A stretch of DNA of 64,000 bases from the human T2T-CHM13v2.0 reference genome, Homo sapiens: NCBI RefSeq assembly GCF_009914755.1, contig NC_060935.1; one strand, 5' to 3'. Every line of letters starts with the position of its first letter. Position 1 is the stretch's first letter. The notes below the pieces were generated by a model. That model searched no databases, was not told the DNA's origin, and saw nothing but the letters and a program-made list of their open reading frames with translations. Below are positions 55,934 through 64,000 of this stretch, in pieces. The position numbers and the translations under genes are program-made.

Positions 55934-56527
55934 ATATGTTAATCACCCTGCACAGTAACTGACACATAGTGTTTCAGGGGTGACAAAGTAATTGTATCTC
56001 ACGCAGAACCCTAATTCCTAGATAGCAGCTGCCTGCAATACTGTATTAAGAAATATTCCAACAGTGTATCTGGACTCTTTGGGAAGAGGTACTGTGACTG
56101 AGTTGAGGTGCCTGGTGACAGGTAACAGAGCGGAAAGTAACAACACAAGCCTCAGTATTTCCATCCCTATAGTAAATGCTCAATAAATGACCAAACTGGC
56201 AGACTCAGGACTGAATACCATGTCACTTGGCCTTTTCCATTCCAACACACTATGAATGTCTCCACTCCTGTCCCTAATGTCCTAAACCACGAGTAAACAA
56301 ATTATAACCCAAACACCAAACCTGGGCTTTTTAATAAAGGTTTTTAAACCTTTGTTAAGGTTTTTAAATAAAGGTTTATTTGAATACAGTCATGTTCATT
56401 TATTTATGTATTGCTCATAGATGCTTTTGTGCAACAATAACAGAGTTGAGTAGTTGCAAAACACTTGGGGTAGCATACAAAGACTAAAATATTTACCATC
56501 TGGCCCTTTATAGAAAAAGTCTAGCTA

Positions 56528-57578
56528 GGAGGAGCCAAGATGACCGAACAGGAACAGCTCCGGTCTACAGCTCCCAGCGTGAGTGACACAGAAGATGGGT
56601 GATTTCTGCATTTCCAACTGAGGTACCGGTTCATGTCACTGGGGAGTGCCAGACAGTAGACGCAAGACGGTGGGTGCAGCGCACTGTGTGCGAGCGAAAG
56701 CAGGGCGAGGCATCGTCTCACCCGGGAAGCACAAGAGGTCAGGGAATTCCCTTTCCTAGTCAAAGAAAGGGGTGACAGACGGCACCTGGAAAATCGGGTC
56801 ACTCCCACCCTAATACTGCACTTTTCCAAAGGGTTAAAAAAGAGCACACGAGGAGATTATATCCCTCACCTGGCTCAGAGGGTACTATGCCCATGGAGTC
56901 TCGCTCATTGCTAGCACAGCAGTGCCAGATCAAACTGCAAGGAGACAGCGAGGATGGAGGAGGGGCGCCCGCCACTGCCGAGTTAGTTGTTTGAATAGGT
57001 AAACAAAGCAGCCGGGAAGCTCAAACTGGGTGGAACCCACCACAGCTCAAGGAGGCCTGCCTGCCTCTGCAGGCTCCACCTCTGGGGACAGGGCACAGAC
57101 AAACAAAAAGACAGCAGTAACCTCTGCAGACTTAAATGTCCTTCTCTGACAGCTTTGAAGAGAGTAGTGGTTCTCCCAGCATGCAGGTTGAGATCTGAGA
57201 ATGGGCAGACTGCCTCCTCAAGTGGGTCCCTGAACCCCAAGTAGCCTAACTGGGAGGCACCCCCCAGTAGGGGCGGACTGACACCTTACACGGCCAGGTA
57301 CTCCTCTGAGACAAAACTTCCAGAGGAACGATCATTTGCGGTTCACCAAAATCCGCTGTTCTGCAGCCACCGCTGCTGATACCCAGGCAAACAGGTTCTG
57401 GAGTGGACCTCTAGCAAACTCCAACAGAACTGCAGCTGAGGGTCCTGACTGTCAGAAGGAAAACTAACAAACAGAAAGGACATCCACACCAAAAACTCAT
57501 CTGTACATCACCATCATCAAAGAACAAAGGTAGATACATCACCATCATCAAAGACCAAAGGTAGATAAAACCACAAAG
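56528..57578 (+). promoter_or_regulatory. L1 5'UTR internal promoter (sense and antisense); activity unknown
   Basis: Position and homology to the L1PA 5'UTR; YY1 site caagatggcc is altered to caagatgacc; many CpGs have decayed. Confidence 0.6.
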
Positions 57579-58595
57579 ATGGGAAAAAAACAGAGCAGAA
57601 AAACTGGAAACTCTAAAAATCACGGCACCTCTCCTCTTCCAAAGGAATGCAGCTCCTTACCAGCAATGGAACAAAGCTGGACGGAGAATGACTTTGACGA
57701 GTTGAGAGAAGAAGGCTTCAGACGATCAAACTACTCCAAGCTACAGGAGAAAATTGGAACCAATGGCAAAGAAGTTAAAAGCTTTGAAAAAAAAATTAGA
57801 TGAATGGATGACTAGAATAATCAATGCAGATAAGTCCTTAAAGGACCTGATGGAGCTGAAAACCAAGGCAAGAGAGCTATGTGACAAATGCAGAAGCCTC
57901 AGTAGCCAATGAGATCAACTGGAAGAAAGGGTATCAGCTATGGAAGATGAAATGAATGAAATGAAGCAAGAAGAGAAGTTTAGAGAAAAAAGAATAAAAA
58001 GAAACGAACAAAGCCTACAAGAAATATGGGACTATGTGAAAAGACCAAATCTACGTCTCATTGGTGTACCTGAAAGTGACGGGGAGAATGGAACCAAGTT
58101 GGAAAACACTCTGCAGGATATTATCCAGGAGAACTTCCCCAATCTAGAAAGGCAGGCCAACATTCAAATTCAGGAAATACAGAGAACTCCACAAAGATAC
58201 TCTTTGAGAAGAGAAACTCCAAGACACAAAATTGTCAGATTCACCAAAGTTGAAATGAAGGAAAAAATGTTAAGGGCAGCCAGAGAGAAAGGTCAGGTTA
58301 CCCACAAAGGGAAGCCCATCAGACTAACAGCTGATCTCTCGGCAGAAACTCTACAAGCCAGAAGAGAGTGGGGGCCAATATTCAACATTCTTAAAGAAAA
58401 GAATTTTCAACCCAGAATTTCATATCCAGCCAAACTAAGCTTCATAAGTTAAGGAGAAATAAAATACTTTACAGACAAGCAAATGCTGAGAGATTTTGTC
58501 ACCACCAGGCCTGCCCTAAAAGAGCTCCTGAAGGAAGCACTAAACATGGAAAGGAACAACTGGTACCAGCCACTGCAAAAACATGCCAAATTGAA
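57579..58595 (+). pseudogene. L1 ORF1p, disrupted by a frameshift near 57790 and internal stops
   Basis: MGKKQSRKTGNSK... (57579-57803) and ...RNEQSLQEIWDYVKRPNLRLIGVPE... (57940-58452). Confidence 0.95.
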
Positions 58596-58659
58596 AAGAC
58601 CATCAAGGCTAGGAAGAAACTGCATCAACTATCAAGCAAAATAACCAGCTAACATCATA

Positions 58660-62485
<3,826 letters not shown>

Positions 62486-62716
62486 ACAATGAGAACACAT
62501 GGACACAGGAAGGGGAACATCACACACCGGGGACTGTTGTGGGGTGGGGGGAGGGGGGAGGGATTGCATTAGGAGATATACCTAATGCTAAATGACAAGT
62601 TAATGGGTGCAGCACACCAACATGGCACATGCATACATATGTAACAAACCTGCATGTTATGTACATGTACCCTAAAACTTAAAGTATAATAATAAAATTT
62701 AAAAAAAGAAAGAAAA

Positions 62717-62880
62717 ACCCCAATTAAAAAGAAAACATAGATCCAAACAGATGACACCTCACCAAAGAAAATAGATGAACTGTAAATAAAATATGAAAAA
62801 AATGCATATATTTGTTACTGGGGAAATGCAAATTAAAAACAATAAATGAGAAACCACTAAAAAAAAAAAAAAAAGAAAAG
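62717..62880 (+). other. Probable L1 3'-transduced segment (old L1M ORF2-like sequence) with AATAAA and a second poly(A)
   Basis: Lies between the L1 poly(A) and the 3' TSD; AATAAA at 62841-62846, A16 at 62859-62874. Confidence 0.85.
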
Positions 62881-64000
62881 AAAAGTCTAGCTAACCTCAC
62901 TCCTAAACCAAATTAAAGTTCAAAGGAGTTCAAGAGAGATAAATCTAACCCTATATTTTCTTTTCCATGCAATAAAGTTGCCTACATTTTTGCTTTGATG
63001 ACCAGAGTAAAGCACACACTGCTATCACTAACCTTCTAAGATAAATCAGGCCAGTGTGTATTCCCTATTGGGCTATTAGTAGATTGGCATTTAAAGAAGA
63101 ATTAGCTCTAATATGAATTAAGGACTTTAATTACTTGTGCCTAAGGTGTTTAATTCATTGAAGGGTAAAAGAAAAATACAATATAAAATGGGTAACAAAG
63201 GAATTTAAACCTACTGTAAACTCCTATTCACCCAGAAATCAACCAATCAGAAAGCCATAACTTTATTTTATTTTCCTTTTTGCTGGGAGATCACATACAA
63301 ATTCTGGCTTATGAACTTGATAAGAGAATCAGTTTTCAGCATACCTACTGAAAATAACTGATTGTCATAATTACAACACCTAACTCTTATGGGTCATGTA
63401 AGAAAGATTTGGTAATCTTTGTGAGATTTAGATGGCAATATTAAATTAACCAGAGTTAATGAACCAAGTTGTCCAAATCCTGAACAGAGAGAATAGTATA
63501 TTGGGTTATCTTACAATTTTAGGGTTTTATGCAATATTGTAGGAGTTAAGCCAAGAAGTACAAATAAGTAAAATGTATTCTGGTTAGTTCTCTATTTGTC
63601 TAATAATATTGTTAGTTACAATACCACACATAACGATGCTCACATAGGTGATCATTAAATACTTTTGAGATAATTTAGAAGGGGCCACCAACTACAGAAG
63701 GACTCCTAACCCAATTTACCTACTGTGATGGAAGAAAAGGGTTGGCAAGATACGGTCCAGTGGTTCGTTCCATAAAACTAAGCAAAGTGTAAATAGCAGA
63801 TGCTTCAATCCAGTGAGCACTGTGTGTGTCATCAGAGTTTAAATACTAGAGTCTTTTTTTCAGAGGGTTATGAAGATTAGCGCTGGGAAATCATGCTCTA
63901 AATAGGTCATCATTCTCAGGTCCTGACAAAGGAGCTCAGGTATGGAAACTGAATGAGAATCATGAGGAACTAAGAAAACCTAGAAACAAGGGAATGGTTA

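Noticed and set aside
56521-56975. L1 antisense ORF0
   Set aside because: The homolog is visible (VAGAPPPSSLSPCSLIWHCCASNERDS... and ...IRVGVTRFSRC), but the start is GTG rather than ATG (56973-56975) and a 1-bp loss near 56835 shifts the frame.
62541-62562. G-quadruplex-forming G tract
   Set aside because: Standard L1 3'UTR feature, not specific to this locus.

Overview
Primate (very probably human) non-coding genomic DNA: AT-rich, CpG-depleted and dominated by interspersed repeats. I find no credible host protein-coding exon, RNA gene or CpG island. The window holds one full-length but dead L1PA3/4 (56528-62716), several older or truncated L1 fragments, 9 Alus, about 12 LTR/MaLR/ERVL elements, several hAT DNA-transposon fossils (MER1A/B, MER5A, MER58A, 3x MER102, MER103) and many MIR/L2 remnants, often nested with readable target-site duplications (TSDs). 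Every ORF I recognise derives from L1, Alu or LTR sequence. I see no novel biological system. The most interesting structures are: (1) a probable L1 3' transduction, where about 140 bp of extra sequence with its own AATAAA and second poly(A) lies inside the L1's 13-bp TSD, which itself splits a MER58A; (2) a duplication plus Alu-fused deletion at 42039-42826; (3) two short dispersed duplications about 0.85-1.05 kb apart; (4) an MLT2-type LTR joined to a MaLR-type internal region; (5) a repeat-free block rich in homeobox-type motifs at about 44.3-47 kb that may be an enhancer. Subfamily names come from my recollection of consensus sequences and need Dfam/RepeatMasker confirmation; boundaries of old elements are approximate.
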